Source: an uncultured Solirubrobacterales bacterium (GTDB lineage Bacteria; Actinomycetota; Thermoleophilia; Solirubrobacterales; 70-9). Taken from it: a stretch of 64,000 nucleotides of DNA. The notes under the pieces are model-generated. The model made no database searches and had not been told where the DNA came from. It saw only the letters and a list, made by a program, of their open reading frames with translations. The position numbers were made by a program, and so were the translations under genes. The DNA lies in contig CAWBNH010000006.1 of the NCBI GenBank assembly GCA_963790085.1, positions 306,743-370,742 of the forward strand, given 5' to 3'. Positions 30,941 through 42,548 of the stretch are shown one piece after another; positions within the stretch are counted from its first letter, which is position 1; each line of letters begins with the position of its first letter.

Positions 30941-31870
30941 CTAGTGGCTCTCGGCGGTCGCGCCGCCGATGTAGATTGCGGTCAGGATCGTGAAGATGAA
31001 GGCCTGAAGGCCGGCGACGATGCCGATCTCGAAGACGAAGAAGGCGAAGGCGGCGGGGAGCGTCAGCCAGCCGAGCGCCGTGACGCCGAGCAGCACGGCG
31101 AGTCCGCCGCCCATGAACAGCAGCAGCAGGTGGCCGGCGAGGATGTTGGCGAAGAGCCGCACCGAGAGCGAGACCAGCCGGACGACGTTCGAGATCGCCT
31201 CGATCACCCAGACGAACGCCTTGAAGGCGAACGGCATCTCCTCGAGACCGGCCGGCAGCCAGGTCCCGAAGTACTTGAAGAAGCCGTGCTCGCGGATGCC
31301 CTCGACGTTGTAACTAGTCCAGACGATCAGCGTCAGCACCAGCGGGACCGAGATGTTGGCCGTGGCCGCGTACAGCGCGAAGGTCGGGATCTCCATCCCG
31401 AAGACGTTGACCGGGTGCTCGGTGTTGGTCGGCAGCGGGATCAGGCCGATGATGTTCGAGACGAGGATGAAGAAGAAGAGCGTCGCGAGAACCGGGAACC
31501 AGCGCTGGGCTCGCTGCTCGTCGAGGTTGTCCTCGGTGATCTGGCCGGCGACGAGGTTGTAGGCAAGCTCGGTCGTGGTCTGGACCAGGTTCGGCTTCTC
31601 CGTCATCCGGCGGGCGATCCAGACCATGCCGCCGATCGTGATCGCCGATGCGAGGGCCAGGTAGAGGACCGCCTTGTTGATCGACATGTCGATCCCGAAG
31701 ATCGTGATCTCGACCCAGGGTTCGAGCCGGAACTCGTCCTGGGGCTTGAACGACTCGTTCTTGCCGTCGCTGCCGAAGATCAGCCCGAAGGCGACCAGGC
31801 CGATGAAGTAGACCGCGGCGATCACCAGCACCTTCTTGCCGGTGCTGAGGCTGCTCCACCGAGCCCTCAT
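30941..31870 (-). CDS. atpB: Fo ATP synthase a subunit
   Basis: Polytopic membrane protein. The essential Arg lies in 'LSVRLFANILAGH'. Confidence 0.9.
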   Translation of the reverse strand: MRARWSSLSTGKKVLVIAAVYFIGLVAFGLIFGSDGKNESFKPQDEFRLEPWVEITIFGIDMSINKAVLYLALASAITIGGMVWIARRMTEKPNLVQTTTELAYNLVAGQITEDNLDEQRAQRWFPVLATLFFFILVSNIIGLIPLPTNTEHPVNVFGMEIPTFALYAATANISVPLVLTLIVWTSYNVEGIREHGFFKYFGTWLPAGLEEMPFAFKAFVWVIEAISNVVRLVSLSVRLFANILAGHLLLLFMGGGLAVLLGVTALGWLTLPAAFAFFVFEIGIVAGLQAFIFTILTAIYIGGATAESH

Positions 31871-32268
31871 CGCTGCGCCTCGCCCTCCTGCAGGTGGGCG
31901 ACGCCCTCGCCGAGCAGGTGTGCCGTGACCAGCGCCGCGGCGAGCAGAGCGGCGGCGAGGCCCGCCTCGCGGTCACCCGCGAGGCCGACGATCAGGATCG
32001 CCGCGGCGAGGATCCAGAGGCGGCCGAGCATCGCGGCGGCCGTCAGGCCGAGTGCAGCGGTGCGGTTGGCCGCGCCGAGGGCTTCGGCGCGGCGGCGGTC
32101 GGCGAAGGCCTTGCCAACCCGTCCCGCGACCCAGGCCCCACCCGCGGCGAGGTAGCCGGCGATCGGCGCGCCGACGGCGATGAAGACGGGCAGCGCGAGA
32201 GCGAGCACGAGCAGGTCGAGGTTGCGCGCAACATCGGCCGCCGTGATGCGGGGTGCAGTCACCGACAT
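31867..32268 (-). CDS. AtpI-like small membrane protein preceding atpB
   Basis: The ATG at 32268 gives 133 aa, with about four hydrophobic helices. Its stop overlaps the atpB start (ATGA). No SD is visible, so the start is uncertain. Confidence 0.6.
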   Translation of the reverse strand: MSVTAPRITAADVARNLDLLVLALALPVFIAVGAPIAGYLAAGGAWVAGRVGKAFADRRRAEALGAANRTAALGLTAAAMLGRLWILAAAILIVGLAGDREAGLAAALLAAALVTAHLLGEGVAHLQEGEAQR

Positions 32269-32564
32269 GAGCGGAGGCGGCGCGCCCTGCGGCTCTCGCC
32301 GCCGAAGGCCCTGTAGGCCGTCTCGCCGCGCTCGCGGCCGAGGCGGAGAGGACAACGCCGCCGGGTGGCGAATCGCTTCCCGAAGCTGGGGTGCGTGCGC
32401 GCGAAACGCCGGTCGCCGCGATTGTCGAAGTGAGGTGTTTCCATCCTGAAGCGCCGGCCGGTGGTCACCCGCGTCGCCGGCTGCATGGCTGCGGGAGCGC
32501 GAATATAACCGAAACCGGCCGCCCTCACGGACCGCTTCCGAGGTGGTCACAATGGGCACAAGAG

Positions 32565-33491
32565 ATGGCGCGCACCCACTCTCATCACGGCGGCCCGGGT
32601 CAGGGGCCGAGCCCCGACAGGGCCGCCAACCGGCGGGCGCTGACGATCGCGTTCGCCCTGACCGCGTCGTTCACGGTCGTCGAGATCGTCGGCGGCATCC
32701 TCACGGGCAGCCTGGCGCTGCTCGCGGACGCGGTTCACATGCTCTCCGACAACCTCTCGCTGGCGCTGGCGCTGCTCGCGATCCGGCTCGCCGATCGTCC
32801 ACCGACGCCGCAACGCAGCTTCGGCTACAAGCGGGCCGAGATCCTCGCGGCGCTGTTCAACGGCGTCGCCCTGGTAGCCGTCTCGGCCTGGATCCTCTAC
32901 GAGGCATGGCAGCGCCTCGCCTCGCCCGAGGCCGTCGCCGGCGTCGGAATGCTCGTCGTCGCGGTCGCGGGCGCCGGCGCGAACCTCGCCGCGATTCGCG
33001 TGCTGATGCCGGGCTCCGGCGACAACCTCAACATGAGGGGGGCGATGCGCCATGTGATGGCCGACCTCGCGGGGTCGGTCGGGGCGATAGCCGGGGCCGT
33101 GATCATCATCGCGACCGGCTTCGACCAGGCCGACTCGATCATCGGCGCGCTGATCGCCGTGCTCGTCGCGTTCAGCGCCGCGCCGATCATCCGCGACTCG
33201 GTCCGGATCCTGCTCGAGGAGGCGCCGGAGGGCCTCGACGCGGCCGAGATCGGCCGGGCGATGGCGGCGGCGCCCGGCGTCGTCTCGGTCCACGATCTGC
33301 ACGTCTGGACGATCACCTCGGGATTCGCGGCCCTCTCCGCGCACGTCGTGGTCGGCACCGAGGAGGACTGCCACGCCCGTCGCCGCGAGCTCGAGGAGCT
33401 GCTCGCCGCGCGCTTCGAGCTCGAGCACACGACCCTGCAGATGGACCACGCCGAGCCGCGAGCGCTGCTGCAGGTCGAGGGCGTGGACTGA
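32565..33491 (+). CDS. cation diffusion facilitator (CzcD/ZitB-type) metal exporter
   Basis: The ATG at 32565 is in frame with ORF 32391..33491. The N-terminus is His-rich ('MARTHSHHGG'). 'LLADAVHMLSD' is the TM2 HxxxD site. 'VHDLHVWTITSG' is present. Confidence 0.9.
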   Translation: MARTHSHHGGPGQGPSPDRAANRRALTIAFALTASFTVVEIVGGILTGSLALLADAVHMLSDNLSLALALLAIRLADRPPTPQRSFGYKRAEILAALFNGVALVAVSAWILYEAWQRLASPEAVAGVGMLVVAVAGAGANLAAIRVLMPGSGDNLNMRGAMRHVMADLAGSVGAIAGAVIIIATGFDQADSIIGALIAVLVAFSAAPIIRDSVRILLEEAPEGLDAAEIGRAMAAAPGVVSVHDLHVWTITSGFAALSAHVVVGTEEDCHARRRELEELLAARFELEHTTLQMDHAEPRALLQVEGVD

Positions 33492-33547
33492 TCGGAGGCG
33501 GTGAGGCCGCCGACGCCGGGCGGCGTCGCTGTGCGAATCTAGGGTCG

Positions 33548-34051
33548 ATGAAGCGCAAGCCCCTCCCCCTGCTGCTCACCTCGCTGCTCGCCGCCCTCGC
33601 GCTCGCGGCATGCGGCGACGACGACTCCCCCGCGACCACGAGCGCCGCTGAGCCCGCCGGCGCCGCCGATGCCGCGGTCGACACGTCGACCAAGCCGGAG
33701 GTCGAGACGCCCGCGGACCTGCCGGATCAGCTCGTCATCGAGGACATCGTCGAGGGCGACGGCCCGACCGCGGAGCCGGGCAGCCTGGTCACTGTCCAGT
33801 ACGTCGGGGTCGACGCGGACACCGGCGAGGAGTTCGACTCCTCCTGGGACCGGGGTGAGCCGTTCAGCTTCCAGCTCGGCGGTGGCGAGGTGATCCGCGG
33901 CTGGGACGAAGGCGTCGAGGGGATGAAGGTCGGGGGGCGGCGCGAGCTGATCATCCCGCCGGACCTCGCCTACGGCAAGCAGGGCTCGCCGCCCGCGATC
34001 GCCCCCGGGGCGACGCTGGTCTTCGTCGTCGACCTGCTCGGCGTCGGCTAG
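33548..34051 (+). CDS. FKBP-type peptidyl-prolyl cis-trans isomerase lipoprotein
   Basis: The ATG at 33548 gives 'MKRKPLPLLLTSLLAALALAAC', a lipobox. 'VTVQYVGV...GEEFDSSWDRGEPFSFQLGGGEVIRGWDEGVEGMKVGGRR' is the FKBP core. Confidence 0.9.
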   Translation: MKRKPLPLLLTSLLAALALAACGDDDSPATTSAAEPAGAADAAVDTSTKPEVETPADLPDQLVIEDIVEGDGPTAEPGSLVTVQYVGVDADTGEEFDSSWDRGEPFSFQLGGGEVIRGWDEGVEGMKVGGRRELIIPPDLAYGKQGSPPAIAPGATLVFVVDLLGVG

Positions 34052-34054
34052 GGC

Positions 34055-35329
34055 TCAGCCCCGCTCGACCACGTCGAACTCGCCGGTCTCGGGGTCGATC
34101 TCGCGCAGCTCCCCGGTCTCGGGGTCGATCGCCGCGAAGGAGCCGGTCTCGAGCTCGCGAGCCACCCCGAGGTCGATCTCCTCCTGATCGATCGCCGCCG
34201 CCCCGGTCGCATCGCTGACCTGACGGAACCGGAAGCGGCGCAGCTTGAGGATCTCGAGGGCGACCAACAGGCTGATGCTCGCGGCGACCGCGAAGACGAA
34301 GAAGCCGACCATAACCGCAGTCCAGAGGGGATCGAAGTCGCCGCGATCGTTGGAGTAGGGGACGAACCGGAGCGCCAGCGCGAACGAGGCCATCGCCGCG
34401 GTCCAGCCGTACAGGTAGGCGATCGTGCGCCGCTGGCTGAAGCCGACGTTGGCGAAGCGATGGTGGAAGTGCGAGCGATCCGCGACGAAGATCGGCTGCC
34501 GGTACTTGAGGCGCTTGGCGAGCACGAAGCTCGTGTCGAGGATCGGCACCGCGAGGACGACGAGCGGGAAGGCCAAGGCGACGACCGCGTTCGTCTTCAG
34601 CGCGCCCTGAACGGCGATCGCTCCGAGCAGGAAGCCGAGCAGGTTCGAACCGGTGTCCCCCATGAAGCTCGATGCCGGCGGAAAGCCGTGCCGGAGAAAG
34701 CCGAGCGCGGCGCCGGCGGTGATCGCCGCGAGGACGCCCGCCGCGTTTCGATCGAGCGAGAGCGCGATCGCCGCCAGGGTGGCGGCGCTGATCACGCAGA
34801 CGCCGGCCGCGAGACCGTCGACCCCGTCGATCAGGTTGATCACGTTGGCGATCCCGACCAGCCCGACCACGGTGATCACCTGGCCGAGGTCGACCTCACC
34901 GAGGACGGGCAGGTCGAACAGCACCGTCGAGCCCGGCTCCACCCCGCCGATGAACGGCAGCGTGAAGACGTCGACGGTGACCCCGGCCGACACCGGGATG
35001 ATCGCCGCAAGCGTCTGGCCCGCGAGCTTTGCCGGGGCCGGCAGCTCGACGATGTCGTCGACCATCCCGACCATCGAGATCACCGCGGCGCCGCCGAGGA
35101 TCGCTCGGGTCTCGGCGTCCCAGGGCAAAAAGATCGCCCCGGTGGCGAGCACCGCGACCAGGATCGCAGCGCCGGAGAGCCGTGGCGTCGGCTTCGTGTG
35201 GAGGCTGCGCTCGCGGGGGACGTCGATCGCCCCGATCCGGATCGCGAGCGCCTCGGCGACGGGAACCAGCAGCCAGGCGATCGCCAGCGCGGCCGCGAAC
35301 GCGAAGAATGCGTCGATCGTCTCAGGCAT
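34055..35329 (-). CDS. wecA: GT4-family polyprenyl-phosphate GlcNAc-1-phosphate transferase (WecA/Rfe-like)
   Basis: Polytopic membrane protein. 'VINLIDGVDGLAAG' and 'MGDTGSNLLGFLL' are MraY/WecA motifs. Its position upstream of the atp operon matches other Gram-positives. Confidence 0.85.
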   Translation of the reverse strand: MPETIDAFFAFAAALAIAWLLVPVAEALAIRIGAIDVPRERSLHTKPTPRLSGAAILVAVLATGAIFLPWDAETRAILGGAAVISMVGMVDDIVELPAPAKLAGQTLAAIIPVSAGVTVDVFTLPFIGGVEPGSTVLFDLPVLGEVDLGQVITVVGLVGIANVINLIDGVDGLAAGVCVISAATLAAIALSLDRNAAGVLAAITAGAALGFLRHGFPPASSFMGDTGSNLLGFLLGAIAVQGALKTNAVVALAFPLVVLAVPILDTSFVLAKRLKYRQPIFVADRSHFHHRFANVGFSQRRTIAYLYGWTAAMASFALALRFVPYSNDRGDFDPLWTAVMVGFFVFAVAASISLLVALEILKLRRFRFRQVSDATGAAAIDQEEIDLGVARELETGSFAAIDPETGELREIDPETGEFDVVERG

Positions 35330-35371
35330 GTGGATCGGGGCCCCCGCCGCCTAGCAGGGCCGCGGCCGAGA

Positions 35372-36409
35372 CTACTCGACCGCCCCGATCACCCCGTCGA
35401 CGAGCAGCCCGGGATCCCGCGGGTCCCGCGGCCCCGGATCGCTCGACCGCCGGCGCAGCTCGAGCGCTTCGGGATCGCCCAGCTCGAGCAGCCGGCCGCT
35501 GCTGATCAGCTGCTCGTCGACCGCGCCCATGCGGCCGCTGAAGATCGTGTAGACCGGGACCCCGAGGGCGACGGCCTCCCGATTCATCGTCCCGCCGGCG
35601 CTGACGACGAGGTCCGAATAGGCGATCAGGCTCTGCGCGTCGATCGCCCGCTCGGGGATCAGCAGGTTCTCAGCCCCGCGCTCGGTCGCGGCACGCCGCT
35701 GTTGCTCGGTGCGGGGAATCAGGACCGTGACCGCGGCGGGCTCAGCGACGAGACGGTCGAGGAGCCGTTCGTAGAGCGGGTTCTCGTGGTGGTAGGCCGA
35801 GCTCTCGGGCGGCGGCCTGACGACGACCAGGATCCGCTCGTCGGCGGCCCGCACCGGATCGACGCCCGCAGCGATCAGGCCGAGCTCGGAGAGGACGGCG
35901 GGGTCGGGCTCGAGGTCGGCGAGGTAGTAGTCCTCCTTCAGGCCCGGGTAGCGGAACAGCTTCTCGGGGCGGGCTCCGGCGGCCTCGAGCCGCTCGAGGG
36001 GTATCGCGTCGGGGACGATCACCCGTCGGGCCGAGCGCCAGGCGAGCTTGCGCTGCAGCCCGGCGTACTCGTAGTCCTGCATCTGCACCTGCGGGATCCT
36101 CAGGATCGAGCCGACGACCGCGACATCCACGGATCCGTGGGCGAGCGCGAGATCGAATCCACTGCCCCGTGCCCACCCGAGCAGGGCCCGGCTTCGGGAG
36201 CCCAGCGCCAGGGCCTTGGCCGCGGTCCCGGCGTCGGCGTGAGTGCCGAACGACTCATATGGGATCGCAAGCCGATCGAGCACGCCCTCCGTCTGCCCGT
36301 AGCTGCGGGCGGTGACGGCGACCTCGTGACCACGCTCGACGAGCCCGGCGACAATCGGCCGCAGCACCAGCGGGTGCGCCGCGGCCGTGCAGTCGACCCA
36401 GACCTTCAA
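35372..36409 (-). CDS. DUF354-family protein (glycosyltransferase/epimerase-like fold)
   Basis: TTG start. 'MKVWVDCTAAAHPLVLRPIVAGLVERGHEVAVTAR' resembles DUF354 N-termini. The function is unknown. Confidence 0.6.
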   Translation of the reverse strand: MKVWVDCTAAAHPLVLRPIVAGLVERGHEVAVTARSYGQTEGVLDRLAIPYESFGTHADAGTAAKALALGSRSRALLGWARGSGFDLALAHGSVDVAVVGSILRIPQVQMQDYEYAGLQRKLAWRSARRVIVPDAIPLERLEAAGARPEKLFRYPGLKEDYYLADLEPDPAVLSELGLIAAGVDPVRAADERILVVVRPPPESSAYHHENPLYERLLDRLVAEPAAVTVLIPRTEQQRRAATERGAENLLIPERAIDAQSLIAYSDLVVSAGGTMNREAVALGVPVYTIFSGRMGAVDEQLISSGRLLELGDPEALELRRRSSDPGPRDPRDPGLLVDGVIGAVE

Positions 36410-36413
36410 CCGG

Positions 36414-37694
36414 TCAGGCCGTTATCGGTGCCAGCTGTGGATAGAGCGGATAGCGCTCCATCAGCGCGGCGCTCCGCGCCCGCAGCGCGTCCTTCTCGGC
36501 CTCGAAGCGATCGGAGAGGGCGACGGCGATCAGGTCGGCGATCTCGCGCATGTCGTCCTCGAGGAGTCCGCGCGTGGTCAGCGCCGGCGTGCCGATCCGT
36601 AGCCCCGAGGGGTTCATCGGCGGGTTCGGGTCGAACGGGATCGTGTTGAAGTTGACGGTGATGCCGATCTCGTCGAGCCGGGACTCGCCGGCCTTCCCGT
36701 CGAGCCCGCTGGGCCGGAGGTCGACCAGCACCAAATGCGTGTCTGTGCCGCCGGTCAGCACCTCGACGCCACCGGCGATCAGGCCCTCCGCCAGCGCCCG
36801 GGCGTTCGCCACGGTCTGGCGCTGACGGGCCCTGAACTGCTCGGTCTGGGCGATCTTCAGGGCGACCGCCTTGGCGGCGATCACATGCATCAGCGGCCCG
36901 CCCTGGGTGCCCGGGAAGATGCCGCGGTCGATGTCCTTGGCGAGCTCCTCGGTGCAGAGGATCATCCCGCTGCGCGGCCCGCAGAGCGTCTTGTGGGTCG
37001 TCGTCGTGACCACGTCGGCGTGCGGGACCGGGTTCGGGTGCTCCCCCGCGGCGACGAGGCCGGCGAAGTGCGCCATATCGACCATCAGCCTGGCGCCGAC
37101 GGCGTCCGCGATCGCGCGGAAGGCGGCGAAGTCGAGCTGCCGGGCGTAGGCGGACCAGCCGGCGATGATCAGCTTCGGCCTCGCCTCGTGGGCGACGCGC
37201 TCGACCTCCTCCATGTCGACAAGCAGCGACTCACGATCGACGTGGTAGGCCGCGACCTCGTAGAGCTTGCCGGAGACGTTGAGCTTCATCCCGTGGGTGA
37301 GGTGACCACCGTTGTCGAGGGCGAGGCCCATGATCGTGTCGCCCGGGTCGAGCAGCGCCAGGTAGACGGCGTTGTTGGCCTGCGCGCCGGCGTGCGGCTG
37401 GACGTTCGCGTGCTCGGCCCCGAAGACCTCCTTGGCCCGATCGATCGCGAGCTGCTCGGCGACGTCGACGTACTCGCAGCCGCCGTAGTAGCGCCGACCG
37501 GGATAGCCCTCGGCGTACTTGTTGGTGAGCACCGAGCCGACCGCGTCGAGCACGGCCTGGGGAACGAAGTTCTCGGAGGCGATCATCTCCAGGGTGTCCT
37601 GCTGGCGGCCGAGCTCGCGATCGAGCACCGAGGCGATCTCGGGATCGACGTCGGCGAGGGGAGCGGTCTGGAAGTCGTCTGGCAGGTCCGTCAC
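36414..37694 (-). CDS. glyA: serine hydroxymethyltransferase
   Basis: The GTG start is preceded by AAGGAG. '[22 protein letters not shown]' is present. '[16 protein letters not shown]' carries the PLP-binding Lys. Confidence 0.95.
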   Translation of the reverse strand: MTDLPDDFQTAPLADVDPEIASVLDRELGRQQDTLEMIASENFVPQAVLDAVGSVLTNKYAEGYPGRRYYGGCEYVDVAEQLAIDRAKEVFGAEHANVQPHAGAQANNAVYLALLDPGDTIMGLALDNGGHLTHGMKLNVSGKLYEVAAYHVDRESLLVDMEEVERVAHEARPKLIIAGWSAYARQLDFAAFRAIADAVGARLMVDMAHFAGLVAAGEHPNPVPHADVVTTTTHKTLCGPRSGMILCTEELAKDIDRGIFPGTQGGPLMHVIAAKAVALKIAQTEQFRARQRQTVANARALAEGLIAGGVEVLTGGTDTHLVLVDLRPSGLDGKAGESRLDEIGITVNFNTIPFDPNPPMNPSGLRIGTPALTTRGLLEDDMREIADLIAVALSDRFEAEKDALRARSAALMERYPLYPQLAPITA

Positions 37695-37719
37695 GGGATC
37701 TCCTTGGGGTAGTGGCCGT

Positions 37720-38169
37720 CTAAAGCTCCTCGCCGCGCTCGACCGCGGCGATCTCCTCGACCCGGCGCTCGTGTCGCCCGCCCTCGAAGTCGGTTGCGAG
37801 GAAGCGCTCGACGATCGGCGCCGCCTCGGTCGGCGGCAGCCGCCGACCGGCGAGGGTCAGCACGTTGGCGTCGTTGTGTCGGCGGCTCATCTCGGCCTCG
37901 TCGGGGTCGTGGGCGTTGACGGCGCGGATGCCGTCGATCTTGTTCGCGGCGATCGAGACGCCGACGCCCGAGCCGCAGACGATCACCGCCCTCTCGGCCT
38001 CGCCTCCGGCGACCAGATGGGCGGCGCGCGAGGCGTATACGGGGTAGTCGACGGACGCCTCGGAATCGGTGCCGACGTCGACGACCTCGTGACCGGCCTC
38101 GCGCAGCATCGGGCCGACGGCCTGCTTCAGGTCGTAGCCGGCATGGTCGGATCCGATCGCCACCTTCAC
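37720..38169 (-). CDS. rpiB: ribose-5-phosphate isomerase B
   Basis: The GTG at 38169 gives 149 aa. '[13 protein letters not shown]' and '[16 protein letters not shown]' are present. Confidence 0.9.
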   Translation of the reverse strand: MKVAIGSDHAGYDLKQAVGPMLREAGHEVVDVGTDSEASVDYPVYASRAAHLVAGGEAERAVIVCGSGVGVSIAANKIDGIRAVNAHDPDEAEMSRRHNDANVLTLAGRRLPPTEAAPIVERFLATDFEGGRHERRVEEIAAVERGEEL

Positions 38170-38315
38170 GCGGGCGACGATAGCAGCGGGAGGGGTGCCT
38201 CCATCGCGCCTGGATACGCGCAATTTCCGGGTTTCGCGGGCCCCGGCCGCGGGCGCCCGGCAGCCCGTATCCTTGCCGCGGTCGGACTCATGGGCAGCGA
38301 GGAAGGGAGCGGGCG

Positions 38316-38579
38316 ATGAGCACAGCACACGACGAGAACGGGGGCCATGACCGCCACCGCTTCCGCACCCCGACCTCGCAGCTGCCCCACGCCGAGAAGA
38401 TCGCCCGCCAGAACCTCCACATCGAGATCCTCTCGATCGTGCTGCTGCTCGTGCTGCTGCTGCTGGTCTATTCCGCGGCCTTCGACATCGACCACTGGGC
38501 TGAGTGGATCGTCTTCGGCGGCATCGTTGCCACCGCGATCGGCGCCGGAGTGGCGATCAATACCCACGGTAGGGCGTGA
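38316..38579 (+). CDS. small membrane protein (87 aa, His-rich N-terminus, two TM helices)
   Basis: The ATG is preceded by GGAAGGGAG. GC3 bias is coding-like. 'ILSIVLLLVLLLLVY' and 'IVFGGIVATAIGAGVAI' are hydrophobic helices. Confidence 0.5.
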   Translation: MSTAHDENGGHDRHRFRTPTSQLPHAEKIARQNLHIEILSIVLLLVLLLLVYSAAFDIDHWAEWIVFGGIVATAIGAGVAINTHGRA

Positions 38580-38606
38580 GCCCGGGCCCGGCACCGGAGC
38601 AGTCGG

Positions 38607-39248
38607 TCAGGCTGCCTCGAGGCGACGGGCGAGCTCCTCGGCGTCGATCGCGCCCGCGCGCAGGATCTCCGGGGCTCCCCCCCGCTCGAGGGCAGTGAGA
38701 TCGACGACGGTCGAGGGCGAGCCGCTGAGCTCGCCGCCGTCGATCGCGAGATCGACGGACTGGACGATCTCGGGGTCGATCCGATCGAAGCGCGAAGCGG
38801 GTGGCTCTCCTGAGCGGTTGGCGCTGGTCTGGAAGACCGGAACGGCGGCCCCGGCCAGCGGGCCCTCGATCAGGCGGACGCCGAGACGCTCCGGGTCCTC
38901 CCGGCAGGCGAGCGGATAGCGGCGATCGGGGTTGGCGACCACCAGCGTCAGCGGACCCGGAAGCAAGGCGCCGATCGCGGCCCGCGTCCGCGGACCGAGG
39001 GAGGGCAGCAGCTCGCGCATCGCCAGCGGGCTGAAGTAGAGGATCGCCGCAGGCTTGCCGTCGTCCCTGCCCTTGAGGGCGTAGATCCGCCCGATCGCCG
39101 CCGCCGAGAGCGGATCGCAGGCGAGGCCGTAGACGCCGTCGGCCGGAAACAGCACGACGCGGCCCCCGGCGATCGCTCCCTCGAGCGCCGATCGCGCCTC
39201 CGCGGCCGCGCCGGCCGGATCGGCGCCGGCGATGCGGATCGTCCTCAC
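38607..39248 (-). CDS. tsaC: L-threonylcarbamoyladenylate synthase (YrdC/Sua5 domain)
   Basis: 'VVLFPADGVYGLACDP...IYALKGR...KPAAILY' and 'TSANRSGEPP' are present. A GTGA overlap links it to prmC. Confidence 0.85.
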   Translation of the reverse strand: MRTIRIAGADPAGAAAEARSALEGAIAGGRVVLFPADGVYGLACDPLSAAAIGRIYALKGRDDGKPAAILYFSPLAMRELLPSLGPRTRAAIGALLPGPLTLVVANPDRRYPLACREDPERLGVRLIEGPLAGAAVPVFQTSANRSGEPPASRFDRIDPEIVQSVDLAIDGGELSGSPSTVVDLTALERGGAPEILRAGAIDAEELARRLEAA

Positions 39249-40093
39249 CTTGCCACCACGACCCGCTCGAGGCCGGCGAGATCCCGCCTGACCTCGGTGC
39301 GCGTATAGCCGGCGGCCTCGAGCAGCGCCGCCACCGGCCCGGCCTGGTCGATGCCGACCTCGAGGCCGACCACGGCGGCCCGCAGCCGTCCCTCACCGCC
39401 GGGCGGCGAGAGAGCGCGCGTCAGCGCCCTGATCGGGTCGAGGCCGTCGCCGCCACCGACCAGTGCAGCGCGGGGCTCGAAGCGGTTGATCTCCGGCTGC
39501 AGCGCCCTCCACTCGGAGTCGCGAACGTAGGGGAGGTTGGCGACCAGCAGAGCCGCCTCTCCCCGTGCCGGAAGCGAGCCGGCCTCGAACGCGACGCGAT
39601 CAGCAAGCCCGAGCCGCGCGGCATTCGCGGACGCAACGAGAAGCGCCTCCGGCGAGGTGTCGGTCGCGACGACGGAGCACGACGGCAACTCGTCGGCGAC
39701 CGCGAGCGCGACCGCGCCGGAGCCGGTACCGACATCGATCACCGTTGCCGGCCCGAGCTCGACGGCGAGCTCGACCAGCAGCTCCGTCTCCGGGCGCGGG
39801 ATCAGCACCCTCCGATCGACCGCCAGCTCGATCCGGCGAAAGCCCCTGCGACCGAGGATGTAGGCAATCGGCTCGCGGGCGATGCGACGGCGGACCATCG
39901 CCCCGAAGGCCCGGGCCGCCGCGGGCTCGACCGGGGCCTCCGGGGCCGCGGCGAGCTGCACGCGCTCGACCCCCATCGCCTCCGCCAGCAGCAGCCCGGC
40001 GTCGAGCCTCCGGTCATCGACGCCGGCCGCCCCGAGGGCGTCCGCCGCTGCGTCGAGCGCCTCGCGGACGCTGCCGGTCACCGCGGCGGGCAT
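39245..40093 (-). CDS. prmC: release-factor glutamine N5-methyltransferase
   Basis: The SAM motif is 'VIDVGTGSGAVALAVA'. The catalytic motif 'NLPYV' is an NPPY variant. It lies immediately downstream of prfA. Confidence 0.9.
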   Translation of the reverse strand: MPAAVTGSVREALDAAADALGAAGVDDRRLDAGLLLAEAMGVERVQLAAAPEAPVEPAAARAFGAMVRRRIAREPIAYILGRRGFRRIELAVDRRVLIPRPETELLVELAVELGPATVIDVGTGSGAVALAVADELPSCSVVATDTSPEALLVASANAARLGLADRVAFEAGSLPARGEAALLVANLPYVRDSEWRALQPEINRFEPRAALVGGGDGLDPIRALTRALSPPGGEGRLRAAVVGLEVGIDQAGPVAALLEAAGYTRTEVRRDLAGLERVVVAR

Positions 40094-40096
40094 CGG

Positions 40097-41191
<1,095 letters not shown>

Positions 41192-41241
41192 CCTCCTGAC
41201 GATAGCCGCGATCCCCCGTGGGCCGGGTCGGAGGCGGCTCG

Positions 41242-42246
41242 CTAGGCGACGATCTCGATCGGGGTCTCCTGGTCGGGCTCGGCGCCCTCCACGGCCAGCA
41301 CCCCCTCGAGCGCCGCGATCGCGACCTCGAGCTGGTCGTGATCGGGCTCACGGGTGGTCAGGCCCTGCAGCATCAGGCCCGGCCACATCAGCGCCCGGAC
41401 CCAGGCCCGCTGCCGGTTCCGGCCCGCCCACTTGATCACCTCGTAGGCGAGCCCGGCGATCAGCGGGATGCCGAGGATGCGACTGAGCAGCAGCCAGTAC
41501 CAAGCTGGAAGGCCGATCGGAGCGAAGACGAAGATCGCGAGGACCATCACGATCAGCAGGAAGCTGGTCCCGCAGCGCGGGTGCATCTGCGAGTAGCGCT
41601 GGGCCCGCTCGGCGGTGAGCCGATCTCCCGCCTCGAAGCACGAGATCGTCTTGTGCTCCGCGCCGTGGTACTGGAAGACGCGCCGCAGATCGCCGATCCG
41701 GCTGATCATCACGAGGTAGCCGATGAAGATGCCGGTCCGCAGGAGGCCCTCGACGAGCCAGAAGAGGAAGGCCGAGCCGAGCTGGTCCTTGATCAGGCTG
41801 GTCAGTCCGACGGGGATCACGAAGAACAGCACGATCGCCAGCAGCAGCGAGCCGGCCACGGTCAGGCCCCAGGTGAGGCCCCCGATCTCCTCGAAGTCGT
41901 CCTCCTCGGTGATCTGCGCGTTGGCCGAGATCGAGAGGGCCCTGAAGCCGAGCTTGAGCGATTCGCCGAGCGCGACCACGCCGCGAATCACCGGCAGGCG
42001 CAGCAGGCGATGTCGCTTCGCCCAGCTGACGATCGGCTCGGAGACGACCTCGATCTCACCCGCCGGCTTGCGCACCGCGACCGCCCAGGTCGAGACGCCA
42101 CGCATCATCACGCCCTCGAGCACCGCCTGGCCGCCCAGCGGCGCGTCCCGGCAGCCGACCGGCTTGCCGTCAGGCATCGCCTCGGTGGAGATCAGCGCGG
42201 GACCGGAGGCACCGGCACCGCCGCTCTGCTCAGCGTCCGCCATCAC
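41242..42246 (-). CDS. DUF1385 (YqhQ-like) membrane protein
   Basis: 'GGQAVLEGVMMRG' and 'YHGAEHKTI' are characteristic of DUF1385. It occupies the conserved slot between rpmE and prfA. Confidence 0.8.
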   Translation of the reverse strand: MMADAEQSGGAGASGPALISTEAMPDGKPVGCRDAPLGGQAVLEGVMMRGVSTWAVAVRKPAGEIEVVSEPIVSWAKRHRLLRLPVIRGVVALGESLKLGFRALSISANAQITEEDDFEEIGGLTWGLTVAGSLLLAIVLFFVIPVGLTSLIKDQLGSAFLFWLVEGLLRTGIFIGYLVMISRIGDLRRVFQYHGAEHKTISCFEAGDRLTAERAQRYSQMHPRCGTSFLLIVMVLAIFVFAPIGLPAWYWLLLSRILGIPLIAGLAYEVIKWAGRNRQRAWVRALMWPGLMLQGLTTREPDHDQLEVAIAALEGVLAVEGAEPDQETPIEIVA

Positions 42247-42341
42247 TGCAACTGAATCGGCATTCGGGCCCGAAAGCTTCAGCCAAGCGGACAGGGGCAG
42301 CGGATCGGCCGCCGACCATCAGCCCCCTTGGCCCTGTTCCG

Positions 42342-42548
42342 TCAGCCCTGTTTCTGCGCGGCGCGCCGGCGGAAGCGCTCGACGCGACCGCCGGTATCGA
42401 CCAGCTTCTGCTTGCCGGTGTAGAACGGATGGCACTCAGAGCAGAGCTCGACGTGGATCTCAGGCTTGGTTGAGCGGGTGTAGAACTCGTTGCCACAGGA
42501 GCAGCGCACGTGGGCGAGCACATAGCTGGGATGGATCTCGGTCTTCAT
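42342..42548 (-). CDS. rpmE: 50S ribosomal protein L31 (Zn-ribbon type)
   Basis: 'MKTEIHPSY...CSCGNEF...[13 protein letters not shown]'. Confidence 0.95.
   Translation of the reverse strand: MKTEIHPSYVLAHVRCSCGNEFYTRSTKPEIHVELCSECHPFYTGKQKLVDTGGRVERFRRRAAQKQG

Noticed and set aside
32269-32564. A ~296-nt divergent region between the atpI-like gene and the CDF exporter. I considered a czcD/NiCo-type riboswitch or another leader RNA, and the 89-aa basic ORF 32259..32528.
   Set aside because: I cannot recognise the NiCo four-way-junction consensus by eye. The ORF is Arg-rich shadow. The idea needs a covariance-model scan (Rfam/Infernal) before any claim.
34460-36649. A 729-aa plus-strand ORF across wecA, DUF354 and the glyA 3' end.
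   Set aside because: It is antisense to three motif-bearing genes. Its composition (R/D/G/P) is typical of a GC shadow.
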